From positions 4,236 to 68,235 of the forward strand of contig JAQUPL010000004.1 of the NCBI GenBank assembly GCA_028716565.1: a stretch of 64,000 bases of DNA. The letters are read 5' to 3'. Below the pieces are notes generated by a model. The model did not search any database, was not told the origin of the DNA, and was given only the letters and a program-made list of their open reading frames with translations. Shown here one piece after another: positions 20,231-33,989 of this stretch. The stretch comes from Candidatus Omnitrophota bacterium. Its GTDB lineage: Bacteria > Omnitrophota > Gorgyraeia > Pluralincolimonadales > Pluralincolimonadaceae. Position 1 is the first letter of the stretch, and each line of letters starts with the position of its first letter. The translations under genes and the position numbers were made by a program.

Positions 20231-22657
20231 TTACTCAAAAGTCAGATGGCCTGCTTTCGCGCCTACCTTAACGGTCCTTCCCTTCTGCAACCTGCCGGAG
20301 ATTATCTCTTCGGCAAGAGGGTCCTCGAGGAACCTCTGTATAGTCCTCTTTATCGGCCTCGCGCCGTATACGGGATCGAACCCCTTTTCGATCATGAAAT
20401 CGATGGCCCCTTTATTGAGATCGATGATTATGCCGTGCTGCTCCTTGAGCCTGTTCTTCACCTCGGCGACTTCCAGCTCCACGATCTTATAGAGGTCGTC
20501 CTTGGTGAGCGGCTTGAATACTATTATATCGTCGACCCTGTTGAGGAACTCGGGCTTGAAAGTCCTCTTGACCTCGTCGAGGAGTTTCGTCTTCATCGTC
20601 TGGTAGGTCAACTCTTCCTTCTCGGACTTGAACCCGAGCGAGCCCTGCTTCTTGAACATCTCGGCGCCGAGGTTCGAGGTCATGATAACTATCGTATTCT
20701 TGAAATCCACCCGCCTCCCGAAAGAATCGGTGAGCCTGCCTTCCTCCAGGACCTGCAAAAGTATATTGAATACGTCGGGATGTGCCTTCTCGATCTCATC
20801 TAGCAGGACGACCGAATACGGGCGGCGCCTCACCTTCTCGGTAAGCTGTCCCCCTTCCTCATATCCGACATACCCTGGAGGGGCTCCGACCAACCTCGAG
20901 ACGTTGAACTTTTCCATATATTCGGACATGTCGACCTGGATTATAGCGTCCTCATCGCCGAACATGAACCCGGCGAGCGCCTTCGCGAGAAGGGTCTTTC
21001 CGACGCCGGTCGGCCCGAGGAAGACGAACGAGCCTATGGGTCGTTTCGGATCTTTGAGGCCGGCGCGCGAACGCCTGACCGCGTTTGCTATCGCGTTTAT
21101 CGCCTCATCCTGCCCGATGACGCGCCCGTGTAGGTCCTCTTCCATCTTGAGGAGTTTTACGCTCTCTTTCTCCTCGAGCTTCACTATAGGGATGCCTGTC
21201 CATTTCGCTACTATCTCGGCGATATCTTCCTCGCTGACCTGCGGATACGCCTCGGCCTTCGATTTCGACCATTCCTTCCGGACCTTCTCGAGCCGGGCCT
21301 TCAATTCGCGTTCCGTATCGCGCAGCCCCGCCGCCTTCTCGAAGTCCTGTCCTTTTACCGCAGCCTCTTTCTCTTTCCGTATCTGGTCCATCTCCTTCTC
21401 GACTTCCTTGATGTCGGGCGGGGTGGTCATCACGTTCAACCGCGCGCGGGAACCGGCTTCGTCTATCAGGTCTATCGCCTTATCCGGGAGGTAGCGCCCG
21501 GATATATACTGGTCGGAAAGCTTGGCCGCAGCCACTAGCGCCTCATCGGTAAATTTCACCTTGTGGTGCGCCTCGTATTTATCCCTCAAGCCCTTCAATA
21601 TCTCTATCGTCTCGTCGACGCTGGGCGGCTCGACCATGATAGTCTGGAACCTGCGCTCCAGCGCAGCGTCTTTCTCTATGTGCTTCCTGTATTCGTCGAG
21701 GGTCGTCGCGCCGATGCATTGTATCTCGCCGCGCGAGAGCGCCGGCTTAAGGATATTTGACGCGTCTATCGCGCCTTCCGCGCCTCCGGCCCCTACCAGC
21801 GTATGCAGCTCGTCGATAAATATGATTATATTCTCCGACCGCTTTATCTCGTCCATCACGGCCTTTATGCGCTCCTCGAACTGGCCCCTGTATTTCGTGC
21901 CGGCCACCATCATCGCGAGGTCGAGTATTATCACCCTCTTGTCGCGGAGGACCTCCGGGATATCGCCCTTTATGATCTTCTGGGCCAGCCCCTCGACTAT
22001 CGCGGTCTTGCCGACGCCTGCCTCGCCGAGGAGGACAGGGTTATTCTTCGTCCTGCGCGAGAGTATCTGGATGACGCGTTCTATTTCGTCTTTACGGCCG
22101 ATTACCGGGTCGAGCTTCCCGTCGCGGGCAAGCGTCGTCAGGTCCCTGCCGAACGCGTCCAGTGACGGGGTCTTGGTCTTCGCCTGGGCCTGTTGCTGCG
22201 TAAAACCAGGGGAAGCGGAGCCGAGAAGAGACATAACCTCCTGCCTGACCCTGTTGAGGTCGAGGCCGAGGTTTGTGAGGACCTGGCTCGCCACTCCCTC
22301 ACCTTCTCGTATGAGGCCGAGGAGCAAATGTTCCGTGCCGATATAGTTATGCCCGAGGTTCCTGGCTTCGTCTGTCGCGAGTTCGATGACCTTCTTCGCT
22401 TTCGGGGTAAAAGGGATATCTCCGGAGACGACGGTCGGCGGGCCGGGCTGGACTATCTTCTCGACCTCGAGGCGTATGGCCTCTAAACTAAGGCCGAGAT
22501 TCTGCAATACGGCGGCGGCCACGCCCTCGCCTTCTTTTATCAGCCCCAGCAGTATATGTTCTGTCCCGATGTAATCATGATTAAACCTCTTGGCTTCTTC
22601 CTTCGCGAGGATTATGACCTTCCTCGCCCTTTCGGTAAATCTTGAAAACATGTTCAT
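20231..22657 (-). CDS. clpC: ATP-dependent Clp protease ATP-binding subunit ClpC
   Basis: 808 aa with two Clp_N repeats, two AAA+ modules ([16 protein letters not shown]) and a UVR-like segment. Downstream of mcsA-mcsB. Confidence 0.95.
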   Translation of the reverse strand: MNMFSRFTERARKVIILAKEEAKRFNHDYIGTEHILLGLIKEGEGVAAAVLQNLGLSLEAIRLEVEKIVQPGPPTVVSGDIPFTPKAKKVIELATDEARNLGHNYIGTEHLLLGLIREGEGVASQVLTNLGLDLNRVRQEVMSLLGSASPGFTQQQAQAKTKTPSLDAFGRDLTTLARDGKLDPVIGRKDEIERVIQILSRRTKNNPVLLGEAGVGKTAIVEGLAQKIIKGDIPEVLRDKRVIILDLAMMVAGTKYRGQFEERIKAVMDEIKRSENIIIFIDELHTLVGAGGAEGAIDASNILKPALSRGEIQCIGATTLDEYRKHIEKDAALERRFQTIMVEPPSVDETIEILKGLRDKYEAHHKVKFTDEALVAAAKLSDQYISGRYLPDKAIDLIDEAGSRARLNVMTTPPDIKEVEKEMDQIRKEKEAAVKGQDFEKAAGLRDTERELKARLEKVRKEWSKSKAEAYPQVSEEDIAEIVAKWTGIPIVKLEEKESVKLLKMEEDLHGRVIGQDEAINAIANAVRRSRAGLKDPKRPIGSFVFLGPTGVGKTLLAKALAGFMFGDEDAIIQVDMSEYMEKFNVSRLVGAPPGYVGYEEGGQLTEKVRRRPYSVVLLDEIEKAHPDVFNILLQVLEEGRLTDSFGRRVDFKNTIVIMTSNLGAEMFKKQGSLGFKSEKEELTYQTMKTKLLDEVKRTFKPEFLNRVDDIIVFKPLTKDDLYKIVELEVAEVKNRLKEQHGIIIDLNKGAIDFMIEKGFDPVYGARPIKRTIQRFLEDPLAEEIISGRLQKGRTVKVGAKAGHLTFE

Positions 22658-22681
22658 CGACCATCCTCCTGAAAATACCGG

Positions 22682-23731
22682 CTAGATATTGAATTTCCTC
22701 GAGATAAATTCCGCGCGCACCGCGTCCCTCTCCTCGGCCGAAAGGCGCTTGCCTTCCTTCTTCTGGAGGTGGGCGGGTTGTATCTGTATAAAAAGATCGT
22801 TTAGCATGTTGCGGTCCGGCCCCTTTATCATCCCTAGATCCGCGCCGAGCCTTATTATCGAAAGCAGGTTCAGCGCCTCTTCGCTGCTTATGAGCTTGGC
22901 GCTCTTCAGTCCGGCCAGCGACCTCGATATCCGGTCCTCCAAAAGCAGTTTCTGGTTCGCGAAGACGGAATTCCTGGCTGTGTTCTCCTGCTCTATTATC
23001 TGTTTCATTATCCTCTCGAGGCTGTCGACCGTCTCTTCCTCCGAATGCCCGAGAGTGACCTGGTTCGATATCTGGAAAAAATTCCCGTATGCCTCGGTCC
23101 CCTCCCCGAAGAGGCCGCGCGCCGTCATCCCGAGTTTGCTTATCGCCTGAATGATCCTGCCGGCCTGTTTCGTCATTACCAGCGCCGGGAGGTGCGCCAT
23201 GCATGACGCCCTCAATCCGGTCCCTACGTTGGTCGGGCAGCATGTCAGGTAACCCAGGTCAGATGAGACGGCGAATTCGAGGTTCTGCTCCAATTCCTCG
23301 TCTATCTTGTCCGCGAGCTTCCACGTGTCGTGCAGGTTGAAGCCCGACTGGAGGACCTGTATGCGGAGATGGTCCTCCTCATTTACCATGATGCTTATTA
23401 CCTCGCGTTCGCTTATGAGGACCGCCTTATGCTCGGGATTGGCTATTTGCTCCCTGCTTATAAGATGCCTCTCGATAAGCATCTGCTTTTCTATGCTGTC
23501 GAGCTCATCGATCCTTAAAAATAAGGCTCCTTTAAAATAATCCGCCTTCTTATAGGCGCCCTCGAAATCCGAGATGACACCCTCTAGTTGTTCTGCCGAA
23601 GCCCAGTGCGGGAAAGGGTACTTGGCCAGGTTCCTGGCCAGCCTTATCCGGGAGGACATTATTATATCCGTGTCCGGGCCGGTGCCTCTAAGCCATTCAC
23701 CTGTCTGGCCCCAGAGCTCGCCGAGCGTCAT
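22682..23731 (-). CDS. mcsB: protein arginine kinase McsB
   Basis: Strong similarity to McsB throughout (SSRIRLARN, NEEDHLRIQ, CPTNVGTGLRAS, FQISNQVTLG). Start placed at MTLGELW. The longer ORF upstream overlaps mcsA in another frame and is an artefact. Confidence 0.9.
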   Translation of the reverse strand: MTLGELWGQTGEWLRGTGPDTDIIMSSRIRLARNLAKYPFPHWASAEQLEGVISDFEGAYKKADYFKGALFLRIDELDSIEKQMLIERHLISREQIANPEHKAVLISEREVISIMVNEEDHLRIQVLQSGFNLHDTWKLADKIDEELEQNLEFAVSSDLGYLTCCPTNVGTGLRASCMAHLPALVMTKQAGRIIQAISKLGMTARGLFGEGTEAYGNFFQISNQVTLGHSEEETVDSLERIMKQIIEQENTARNSVFANQKLLLEDRISRSLAGLKSAKLISSEEALNLLSIIRLGADLGMIKGPDRNMLNDLFIQIQPAHLQKKEGKRLSAEERDAVRAEFISRKFNI

Positions 23732-24237
23732 GGTTTGTCTTTCGCCTTCTTTTCGAGCGCCCTTATCCTGTCGCGGAGCCTGGCGGCCTCCTCGAACTCC
23801 TCCATATCGATGGCGCGCTGGAGCTTCTGCCGCAATTCCTGCGCCTCGGATATCTTCTTCTTCCCGTCTGTCTCGTCGATCTCTTTGGGTGATTTCCCGA
23901 TATGCCTGGTCGAGCCGTGGATGCGTTTCAAAAGCGGCAGGAGGTTCGTCCTGAACGCACTGTAGCATTCGCCGCAGCCGAGCCGGCCTATCTTCTGGAA
24001 GTCCGTGTATGTCATGCCGCATTTGCCGCATTTTAACAGAGGCTCTCCGCCGGACGGCTTCTCTCCGAGGCCGCTTATCCCGGCAAGAAGGTCGGAGATG
24101 CTGAAGTTCTGCTCCATCTCGATGCCCTTCTCCTTCGCACACCCGGCGCAAAGGTGGAGCTGTTTCACCTCGTCATCAATTATCTCAGTGAACTCGACCG
24201 TGGCCTCGTTCTTGCCGCAGACCTGGCAGATCATCAA
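23728..24237 (-). CDS. mcsA: protein arginine kinase activator McsA (zinc-finger protein)
   Basis: MMICQVCG...CAGCA and KCGKCGM...CGECY zinc fingers plus a C-terminal UVR-like helix (EEFEEAARLRDRIRALE). Overlaps mcsB by 4 nt. Confidence 0.9.
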   Translation of the reverse strand: MMICQVCGKNEATVEFTEIIDDEVKQLHLCAGCAKEKGIEMEQNFSISDLLAGISGLGEKPSGGEPLLKCGKCGMTYTDFQKIGRLGCGECYSAFRTNLLPLLKRIHGSTRHIGKSPKEIDETDGKKKISEAQELRQKLQRAIDMEEFEEAARLRDRIRALEKKAKDKP

Positions 24238-25106
24238 AACCTCACGCCGTCGACCTTTGTCAGCTTATGGAATTCCGTTATGAGTTTCGCCGTCATCTTC
24301 CCGGGTTTGCCGTCGCCGATCTTGCGCCTGTCCATCTTGACGACAGGAATGATCTCGGCCGCGGTCCCGGTAAGGAACATCTCATCCGCGTTGAAGAGGT
24401 CGTACCTGGTCAGGACCTCCTCGCGGATGGGGATCTCTTTCAGGTGCGCGATATCGATGACCGCGCCGCGAGTGATACCGCGCAAGACGCCGCTGTGGAT
24501 AGGCGGGGTATAGAGCGAGCCGTCCTTGACGGTAAAGATATTATCTCCGGTGCATTCCGCGACATAACCCTCGGAATTGAGCATGACCGCCTCCTCGACG
24601 CCCGCGTTGATCGCCTCGACCTTGGCGAGGATATTGTTAAGGTAATTTAGCGACTTGATCTGCGGGTTGACAGACTCGTGGATATTCCTCTGCGTCGAGA
24701 TGGTCACGATCTCAAGGCCCTTCTCGTATAATTCCTGATGGTAGAGCTTGATCTTGTCGGTTATGATGACGACGGTCGGTTTCGGGCATTTCCTCGGGTC
24801 GAGCCCAAGGTCGCCGATGCCGCGCGTGACGATAAGCCTGATATAAGAATCCTTCAGCTGGTTTTCTCGCAGGGTCTTCTTGACCGCCTCGGTCATCTCT
24901 TCCTTGGACATCGGGATCTCAAGCATGATGGCGTGCGCCGACTGGTAGAGCCTGTCGATATGCTCCTTCATCTTGAAAATAAGCCCGTCGTAGGTGCGGA
25001 TGCCCTCGAAGACACCGTCGCCGTAGAGCAGTCCGTGGTCGAAGACCGAGATCTTCGCGTCCTCGCTCTGGTGGAATTTACCGTCGATATAGATTTTCAG
25101 TGCCAT
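24234..25106 (-). CDS. ilvE: class IV aminotransferase (branched-chain amino acid or D-amino acid aminotransferase)
   Basis: 290 aa with motifs GDGVFEGIRTY and VTRG. The BCAT/DAAT subfamily could not be resolved. Confidence 0.65.
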   Translation of the reverse strand: MALKIYIDGKFHQSEDAKISVFDHGLLYGDGVFEGIRTYDGLIFKMKEHIDRLYQSAHAIMLEIPMSKEEMTEAVKKTLRENQLKDSYIRLIVTRGIGDLGLDPRKCPKPTVVIITDKIKLYHQELYEKGLEIVTISTQRNIHESVNPQIKSLNYLNNILAKVEAINAGVEEAVMLNSEGYVAECTGDNIFTVKDGSLYTPPIHSGVLRGITRGAVIDIAHLKEIPIREEVLTRYDLFNADEMFLTGTAAEIIPVVKMDRRKIGDGKPGKMTAKLITEFHKLTKVDGVRF

Positions 25107-25119
25107 TTTGTTCTCCTTG

Positions 25120-25782
25120 TCATTGGATTATTTTTCCGTCCCTTATGTGCAGGACCCTCTGCGCGGCCTTGGCTATCTGCGCGTCATGGGTCACTATCAT
25201 TAATGTCATTTTACGACTTTTGTTGAGTTCCCACAACAATTCAATTATATTTTCTCCCGACTCGGAATCGAGGTTGCCGGTCGGCTCGTCGCAAAGGAGG
25301 AGTTCCGGCTCGTTTATCAACGCCCTGGCTATCGCCACGCGCTGCTGTTCCCCGCCGGATAACTGCCCCGGCCTGTGGTTCATCCGGTCCTCGAGCCCTA
25401 CGGCCTTAAGCAATCCGGCTCCCCTCTCCCTCAGGTCCCTTCCGCCGCCTTTTATCATCAGCGGCAATATCACATTCTCCAGCGCGTCGAACTCCGGGAG
25501 CAGGTGATAGAACTGGAAAACGAAACCTATCTTCCTGTTCCTTATTTTCGCGCGCTCGTTGTCGCCGAGCGAGTATATATCGGTGCCGCCTATCAGGACC
25601 TCGCCGGCAGTCGGCGAATCGAGGCCGCCTAAAAGATGGAGCAGGGTCGATTTGCCGGCTCCGGACGGCCCGAGCACCGCAAGGACCTCGCTCCTTTTGA
25701 CTTTGAGGTCTACGCCTTTAAGCACCTCGAGCTCTTTCGCTCCGTTCTTATAGACCTTCCGCAGTGCCCTGGCCTCTATCAT
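25120..25782 (-). CDS. lolD: lipoprotein-releasing system ATP-binding protein LolD
   Basis: Walker A (GPSGAGKST), signature LSGGEQQR and a length of 220 aa. Adjacent to the LolC/E permease. Confidence 0.85.
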   Translation of the reverse strand: MIEARALRKVYKNGAKELEVLKGVDLKVKRSEVLAVLGPSGAGKSTLLHLLGGLDSPTAGEVLIGGTDIYSLGDNERAKIRNRKIGFVFQFYHLLPEFDALENVILPLMIKGGGRDLRERGAGLLKAVGLEDRMNHRPGQLSGGEQQRVAIARALINEPELLLCDEPTGNLDSESGENIIELLWELNKSRKMTLMIVTHDAQIAKAAQRVLHIRDGKIIQ

Positions 25783-25783
25783 C

Positions 25784-26968
25784 TCATTCGTACCTCAGCG
25801 CGTCGACCGGGTTGAGCCGGGACGCCTGCCACGCTGGATAGAGGCAAGCCAGCAAACTTATCGCCAGAGCCGCGACGACTATCGCGGCCACATCCGTGTA
25901 TTGTATATCCACGGGGAACCTGTCTATGTAATAGATGTCCCTCGGGAGCTTTATGAACTGGTACTTCTCGAGGAGATACCCGAGGCCGAGCCCCCCGGCC
26001 ACGCCGAGCGCGGTCCCTATCGCGCCGACTATGAATCCCTGGAGGGTGAATATCAGCCTTATGGAATTATTGGCAGCACCTATCGCCTTTAGTATGCCGA
26101 TATCTTTCGTCTTCTCCATCACGACCATTATCATCGTCGCCGCAATATTAAAGCACGCGACCGTGACTATCAGCGCAAGTATCCAGAACATCGCCAGCTT
26201 CTCGAGCTTAAGCGCCGAGAAGAGGCTTCTGTTCAGGTCGATCCATGTCTTTACGTAAAAAGGAAAACCCAATTCTTTTTGTAACCTGACCCTGACCTGC
26301 GGCGCGAGTAATTCGTCGTCTATCCTTATCCCGATCCCCCCCACCTTGCCCTCGGCGCCGAAAAGCTCCTGCGCGTCCCTCAGGTCTATGAAAGCGAGTG
26401 AAGAATCATATTCGTAATAACCCGAATTGAACGTCCCCGCTACCTTGAAATCTTTCGACGAGCCGTCTAGAGGCGAGAGGACAGAGACCGTGTCGCCGAG
26501 CCTGAGGCTGAACCTCCGCGCCATCTCGGTGCCTATCAGCATGCCGCCGGCCTTGAGCGCAGACATGGAGCCGGACTTTACATATGAGCCGAGCTTCGAG
26601 ACCCCGGCTTCATCGGCGGAGACGATGCCCCTTATCGAGACGCCCTGCATCGTATCCTTCGCCCTGATGAATGCCTGTCCGTCGAGGAAAGGTGAAGCGG
26701 AAACAACGTGGGGCTCGGTCTTTATCTTTTTGATAAGCGCGGCGGAATCCTCGATCCCGCCTTCCTGTTCGACGATGACATGCGAATTCGCGCCGATTAT
26801 CTTATCGCGCAACTCGTTGTCGAAACCGGTCATCACCCCGATGACGACTATGAGGGCGCAGACCCCGACCGCGACGCCCAGCACGGAGATCAGGCTGATT
26901 ATCGATATGAACTTCTCCCTGCGTTTAGCAAGGAGGTATCTAGAGGCCACCAACAATTCGTAACGCAT
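25784..26968 (-). CDS. lolC: lipoprotein-releasing system permease LolC/LolE family (FtsX-like)
   Basis: 394 aa with 4 TM helices and a large periplasmic loop. MacB/FtsX-like fold typical of LolC/E. Confidence 0.8.
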   Translation of the reverse strand: MRYELLVASRYLLAKRREKFISIISLISVLGVAVGVCALIVVIGVMTGFDNELRDKIIGANSHVIVEQEGGIEDSAALIKKIKTEPHVVSASPFLDGQAFIRAKDTMQGVSIRGIVSADEAGVSKLGSYVKSGSMSALKAGGMLIGTEMARRFSLRLGDTVSVLSPLDGSSKDFKVAGTFNSGYYEYDSSLAFIDLRDAQELFGAEGKVGGIGIRIDDELLAPQVRVRLQKELGFPFYVKTWIDLNRSLFSALKLEKLAMFWILALIVTVACFNIAATMIMVVMEKTKDIGILKAIGAANNSIRLIFTLQGFIVGAIGTALGVAGGLGLGYLLEKYQFIKLPRDIYYIDRFPVDIQYTDVAAIVVAALAISLLACLYPAWQASRLNPVDALRYE

Positions 26969-26986
26969 ATCTAAAAATTTATTTGG

Positions 26987-28438
26987 TTACTGCTGTTCCG
27001 GTTTCAGCTGTGGGAAGAGTATCACGTCCTTTATAGAGTCGCGATTGGCGAAAAGCATCGCTAGCCTGTCTATCCCGATGCCGAGCCCGCCGGCCGGCGG
27101 CATGCCGTATTCGAGCGCGCGGACAAAGTCCTCGTCGACAGTCTTCATCTCCGCCTCCGGACCTTTCGCCTGGTCCTCGAACCTCGACTTCTGCTCTATC
27201 GGGTCGTTAAGCTCGGAATACGCGTTCGCCAGTTCCTGCGCCGATATGAACAACTCGAACCTTTCTGTCAGGTCCGGCTCGCCGGGTTTCTTCTTCGAGA
27301 GCGGGCACAGTATCGCCGGGTAATCTATTATGAACGTGGGTTTCGCGAGCTTCGGCTCGACCGTCTTCTCGAATATCTTGTTCGCGACTTCCTCGTCGAA
27401 CTTCGCGTCCCTTATATCGAGCCCCATCTCCTTCGCGACTTTCCTCAGGTCTTTCTCCTTCTTGTAATCTATCCCGGTATACTTCAATATCGCCTCGCGG
27501 AAAGGTATCCTGTCCCAAGGCGGCGATAAATCAAGTTCCCCGTCTCCGTGCGCTATTTTATACTTCCCGAAGAGGTGCTGCGCGGCGTCGAGTATCAGCT
27601 CCTCGGTCAGGTCTATCATGTCCCCGCAGTCGGCGTAGGCCTGGTAGACTTCTATCATCGTGAACTCGGGGTTATGCCGCGGCGATATCCCCTCGTTCCT
27701 GAAATTCCTGTTTATCTCGTAGACCCTCTCGAAGCCGCCGACCAAAAGCCTTTTTAAATAAAGCTCGGGCGCGATCCTCATATAGAGGTCTATACCGAGC
27801 GCCTCATGGTGCGTCTTGAAAGGTTTAGCGGTCGCGCCGCCCGGCATCGGCTGCATCATCGGCGTTTCGACCTCGAGGAAACCCTTGCCGTCGAGGAAAG
27901 CCCTTATACGCGCGATCATCTTAATGCGCAGCTCAAAGACCTTTTTGACCTCTTCGTTGACGATCAGGTCGACATATCTCTGGCGGTAACGCGTCTCTAT
28001 ATCCTTTAGCCCGTGCCATTTCTCCGGGAGCGGCCTTATCGATTTCGACAGCATCGTGAACTCTTCGACATGCAGCGTCGGTTCGCCGGTCCTCGTCTTG
28101 AAGGCCTTGCCCTTTATCCCGACGATGTCGCCGATATCGAGGTTCTCGAAGGCTGTCCTGCCGGCCTCTGAAAGCTCGGCGGCCTTTATGTAATTCTGGA
28201 TCTTCGCCGTCGAATCCTTGACGTCGATAAAGCAGGACTTTCCGTGCGAACGCACGGCCATTACCCGGCCTGCGACCGTGACTTCCCTGGATTGGGCGGC
28301 CGCATCTTCGAAATCCGCCAATAACTCGTTGATATTGGCCGACTTAGAGAATTTCCCGCCGTAAGGGTTTATGCCCTTCGCCCGCAGGTTCTCGAGCTTG
28401 ATCAATCTCTGTTTTATGAGGTCGTTTATTTCTTCCAA
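26987..28438 (-). CDS. lysS: lysine--tRNA ligase (class II)
   Basis: 483 aa with an OB-fold N-domain and class II motifs (GLGIGIDRL). Confidence 0.95.
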   Translation of the reverse strand: MEEINDLIKQRLIKLENLRAKGINPYGGKFSKSANINELLADFEDAAAQSREVTVAGRVMAVRSHGKSCFIDVKDSTAKIQNYIKAAELSEAGRTAFENLDIGDIVGIKGKAFKTRTGEPTLHVEEFTMLSKSIRPLPEKWHGLKDIETRYRQRYVDLIVNEEVKKVFELRIKMIARIRAFLDGKGFLEVETPMMQPMPGGATAKPFKTHHEALGIDLYMRIAPELYLKRLLVGGFERVYEINRNFRNEGISPRHNPEFTMIEVYQAYADCGDMIDLTEELILDAAQHLFGKYKIAHGDGELDLSPPWDRIPFREAILKYTGIDYKKEKDLRKVAKEMGLDIRDAKFDEEVANKIFEKTVEPKLAKPTFIIDYPAILCPLSKKKPGEPDLTERFELFISAQELANAYSELNDPIEQKSRFEDQAKGPEAEMKTVDEDFVRALEYGMPPAGGLGIGIDRLAMLFANRDSIKDVILFPQLKPEQQ

Positions 28439-29990
28439 TTTTTCCGCCTTTGTCGCGCAGACTTGACATAATTATAAATAAAATAAAGGGTTAAGTCAAA
28501 CAAAAAAACCCCGGTGCATAGCCAGGCGAAGGCATCCCCGTATTTCAAATACAGGGTCCGGGCCTTTCCGGGGGTTATATGCGCGGCCGCAAAACCCGTC
28601 ACGAATATCTTATCCCCTTTAAGATCCTTCACCTCCTGCGTGATCTTCCCGGCCTGGTTTATAAAACATGAATAGCCGGTATTCGCGCACCTTACCACGT
28701 TGACCCTATTCTCGACCGCGCGGAAGACCGAGGGTTGCGCGTGCTGGAACGGCGCCGCGGTCTTCATATACCACGCGTCGTTGGTTATCACGACCAGGAA
28801 GTCCGCGCCCAGCCGCACAAAATTCCTCGATATCTCCGGGAAGACATCCTCAAAACATATCAGGACGCCGAACCTGACGGTCCCGCCCTGTGCTTCGCCC
28901 AGGACTTCGCCTTTATGCGCCGGTATCTCGAATATCGTGTAATCCTTCCCCGCCGTATAATCCTCGCCCATATCGTAGCGCTTCTTTATGAAAGAGAGGA
29001 AGCTGTTGCCCAGCGGCACATATTCGCCGAACGGCACTAGGTGTATTTTATCGTAGCGCCGGACTATCTCGCCCTTGTCCGATACCAGGACGGCGCTGTT
29101 GAAATAACGCACTTTCTGCGGCACTTTCTCGGTCTGCGTCCCGACCAACAGGTATGTATTGACCTCTTTCGCGAGGGCGGTGACCTTGTCGCGCAGGGCC
29201 TGGTCGGTCTCGAGGAATCCCGGGACAGACGTCTCGGGCCAGATTATCAGGTCCGGCTTGTCCTTTGCCGCCTCTTTTGTAAGGTTTATATATTTATTCA
29301 ATATCGCGTCGGCATATCTTTCGTCCCATTTTTCCGACTGCGGGATGTTCCCCTGTATTACCGATATCTTGACTGTCTCGCCTTCGAACTTCCGGTCGAC
29401 CCTGTAATATCCGTATACCGCGACGATGATAAGCGCTATCACCAGCAGAGCCAGGTATCTCGGCTCCGGCTTATGGCCCTTCATCTTCTTCTTTATCTTC
29501 GATGATATGAGGACATTGGTAAAGACTACCAAAAACGAGACGCCGTACGCTCCGGTCACATCGGCTATCTGGATTATCGGCAGCGTCTCCCACTGCGTAT
29601 GCCCGAGCAGCGCCCACCCGAAGCCGGTAAAGAGGTGGCTCCTAAGGAACTCAACCGCCACCCAGAGGCAGCTCACGAGCAACGCGAACCTTAAGCGCGG
29701 TTTTTCGAACTGTATCGCGAGTATGTCGACGCCGACGGCAAATATCCCGAAGAAGAAAGCCAGGTATACCGCCAGGACGACTATACCTATTATCGCGACG
29801 TAGCCGACCCAGTATAGCGTGGCACCGAAAAATAACAACCCGGTTATGCAGCCGGTAAAGAATGCCTGCCACGGTTTCTCGCCGCGGATCGCGATAAGCA
29901 TCGGTATCAGAGCGAACCACGCCAAAAATGAGAAATCGAACGCCGGATACGACAACGTCAGCAATAATGCAGAGAGTAACGGTAAAAAAA

Positions 29991-30006
<16 letters not shown>
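28426..30006 (-). CDS. lnt: apolipoprotein N-acyltransferase
   Basis: N-terminal polytopic membrane domain and a C-terminal CN-hydrolase domain ([11 protein letters not shown]). Length 526 aa. Confidence 0.85.
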
Positions 30007-32776
<2,770 letters not shown>

Positions 32777-32780
<4 letters not shown>

Positions 32781-33911
32781 TCTATATTCCTATTTTTTTC
32801 CCGCTGCGGCGGGACTTTACCTGCTGAAAATTTAACATACGCCTCTATCAATTCGTCAAGTTCGCCGTCGAGCACCTGGTTCGCTTTTCCGGTCTCGTGT
32901 TCCGTCCTGTGGTCCTTTACCATCATGTACGGGTGCAGCACATAAGAGCGTATCTGGCTTCCCCACTCTATCTTCTGTTTCTCCGAATACATCGTCTTTA
33001 GTTTCTCTTCCTGCTCCTGTTGTTTCTTTTCGAAGAGCCGCGCCTTCAGCACTTTCATCGCCGAATGCTTGTTCTTCAACTGCGAGCGCTCGTTCTGGCA
33101 CTGGACAACGAGCCCGGTCGGGATATGGGTAATGCGCACCGCCGAGTCTGTCGTGTTGACGCCCTGCCCGCCGGGACCGGATGCGCGGTAGACATCTATG
33201 CGCAGGTCCTTCTCATCGACCTGGATATCCGCTTCCTCCTCGACCTCGGGGATGACGTCGACAGAGGCGAACGACGTGTGCCGCCTCTTGTTAGAATCGA
33301 ACGGTGATATTCTTACAAGACGGTGGACGCCGCGCTCTGATTTCAGGTAGCCGAAGGCATAATCGCCCTTAACCAGCATCGTGACGTTCTTGACGCCTGC
33401 TTCCTCGCCGGCCAGGTAGTCGAGGACCTCTATCTTATAACCCTTGTTCTGCGCGTAGCGGGTGTACATCCTGAAGAGCATCGCCGCCCAGTCGCACGAC
33501 TCGGTGCCGCCGGCGCCGGCGTTGATGGAAAGTATCGCGCCGGATTTATCGTGTTCTCCCGAGAATAAAGCGGTAAATTCGATGCGGCTTATCTTGTTCG
33601 CTAAGGCGTCCAGGTCTTTTGAAAGCTGGGATATCGAGGCTTCGTCTGAAGGTTCGGTTATCTCGGCGAGCCCTGAAAGCTCCTCGATCTCCTTGCTGCA
33701 CGCCTGCCAGGGATCAAGGCGGCCCTTGAGCGACTTCATTTCGGCGATTATCTTGTTGGCCTTCTGCTGGTCGTCCCAGAAGCCCGGGGCGGCCATCTTC
33801 CCTTCAAATTCCGCTATATTCTTCCCTGCGGCATCGAGGTCAAAGATACCTCCGCAGGTTGGCTAATGTCTCTTGCGCCTGCTTTATTTTTTTCTTAAGC
33901 TCCTCAAGCAT
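32777..33911 (-). CDS. prfB: peptide chain release factor 2, expressed through a programmed +1 ribosomal frameshift
   Basis: RF2 body with GGQ. The N-terminal 23 codons ([23 protein letters not shown]) run from the ATG at 33911 to an in-frame TGA at 33840-33842, in the context CGGAGG TAT CTT TGA C. A +1 shift continues into [19 protein letters not shown] precedes the ATG. Confidence 0.9.
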
Positions 33912-33944
33912 AGTACTCCTCCGTAAGGTATTTACAGGATTAAA

Positions 33945-33973
33945 ATTATACCATAACCGGTGCCATCCTACAA
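33945..33973 (-). promoter_or_regulatory. putative sigma70 promoter of prfB (-35 TTGTAG, 17-nt spacer, -10 TATAAT)
   Basis: On the minus strand, TTGTAG(33973-33968)–17 nt–TATAAT(33950-33945), about 35 nt upstream of the prfB ATG. Confidence 0.5.
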
Positions 33974-33989
33974 GGGAACACCCTGAAAT

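Noticed and set aside
22581-23243. 220-aa minus-strand ORF rich in Arg/Gly/Asp
   Set aside because: An alternative frame inside mcsB with no domain signal. Composition artefact.
23732-24151. N-terminal 140-aa extension of the mcsB ORF (Arg/Asp-rich)
   Set aside because: It overlaps mcsA in another frame. McsB homology begins at the internal Met (MTLGELW), which also gives the typical 4-nt mcsA/mcsB overlap.
28440-28500. AT-rich stretch with imperfect inverted repeat and TTGACA-like hexamer at the lnt 3' end / lysS start
   Set aside because: It lies within the lnt reading frame on the opposite strand from any downstream gene it could drive. The inverted repeat is imperfect (8 bp with a mismatch). 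Likely coincidental.
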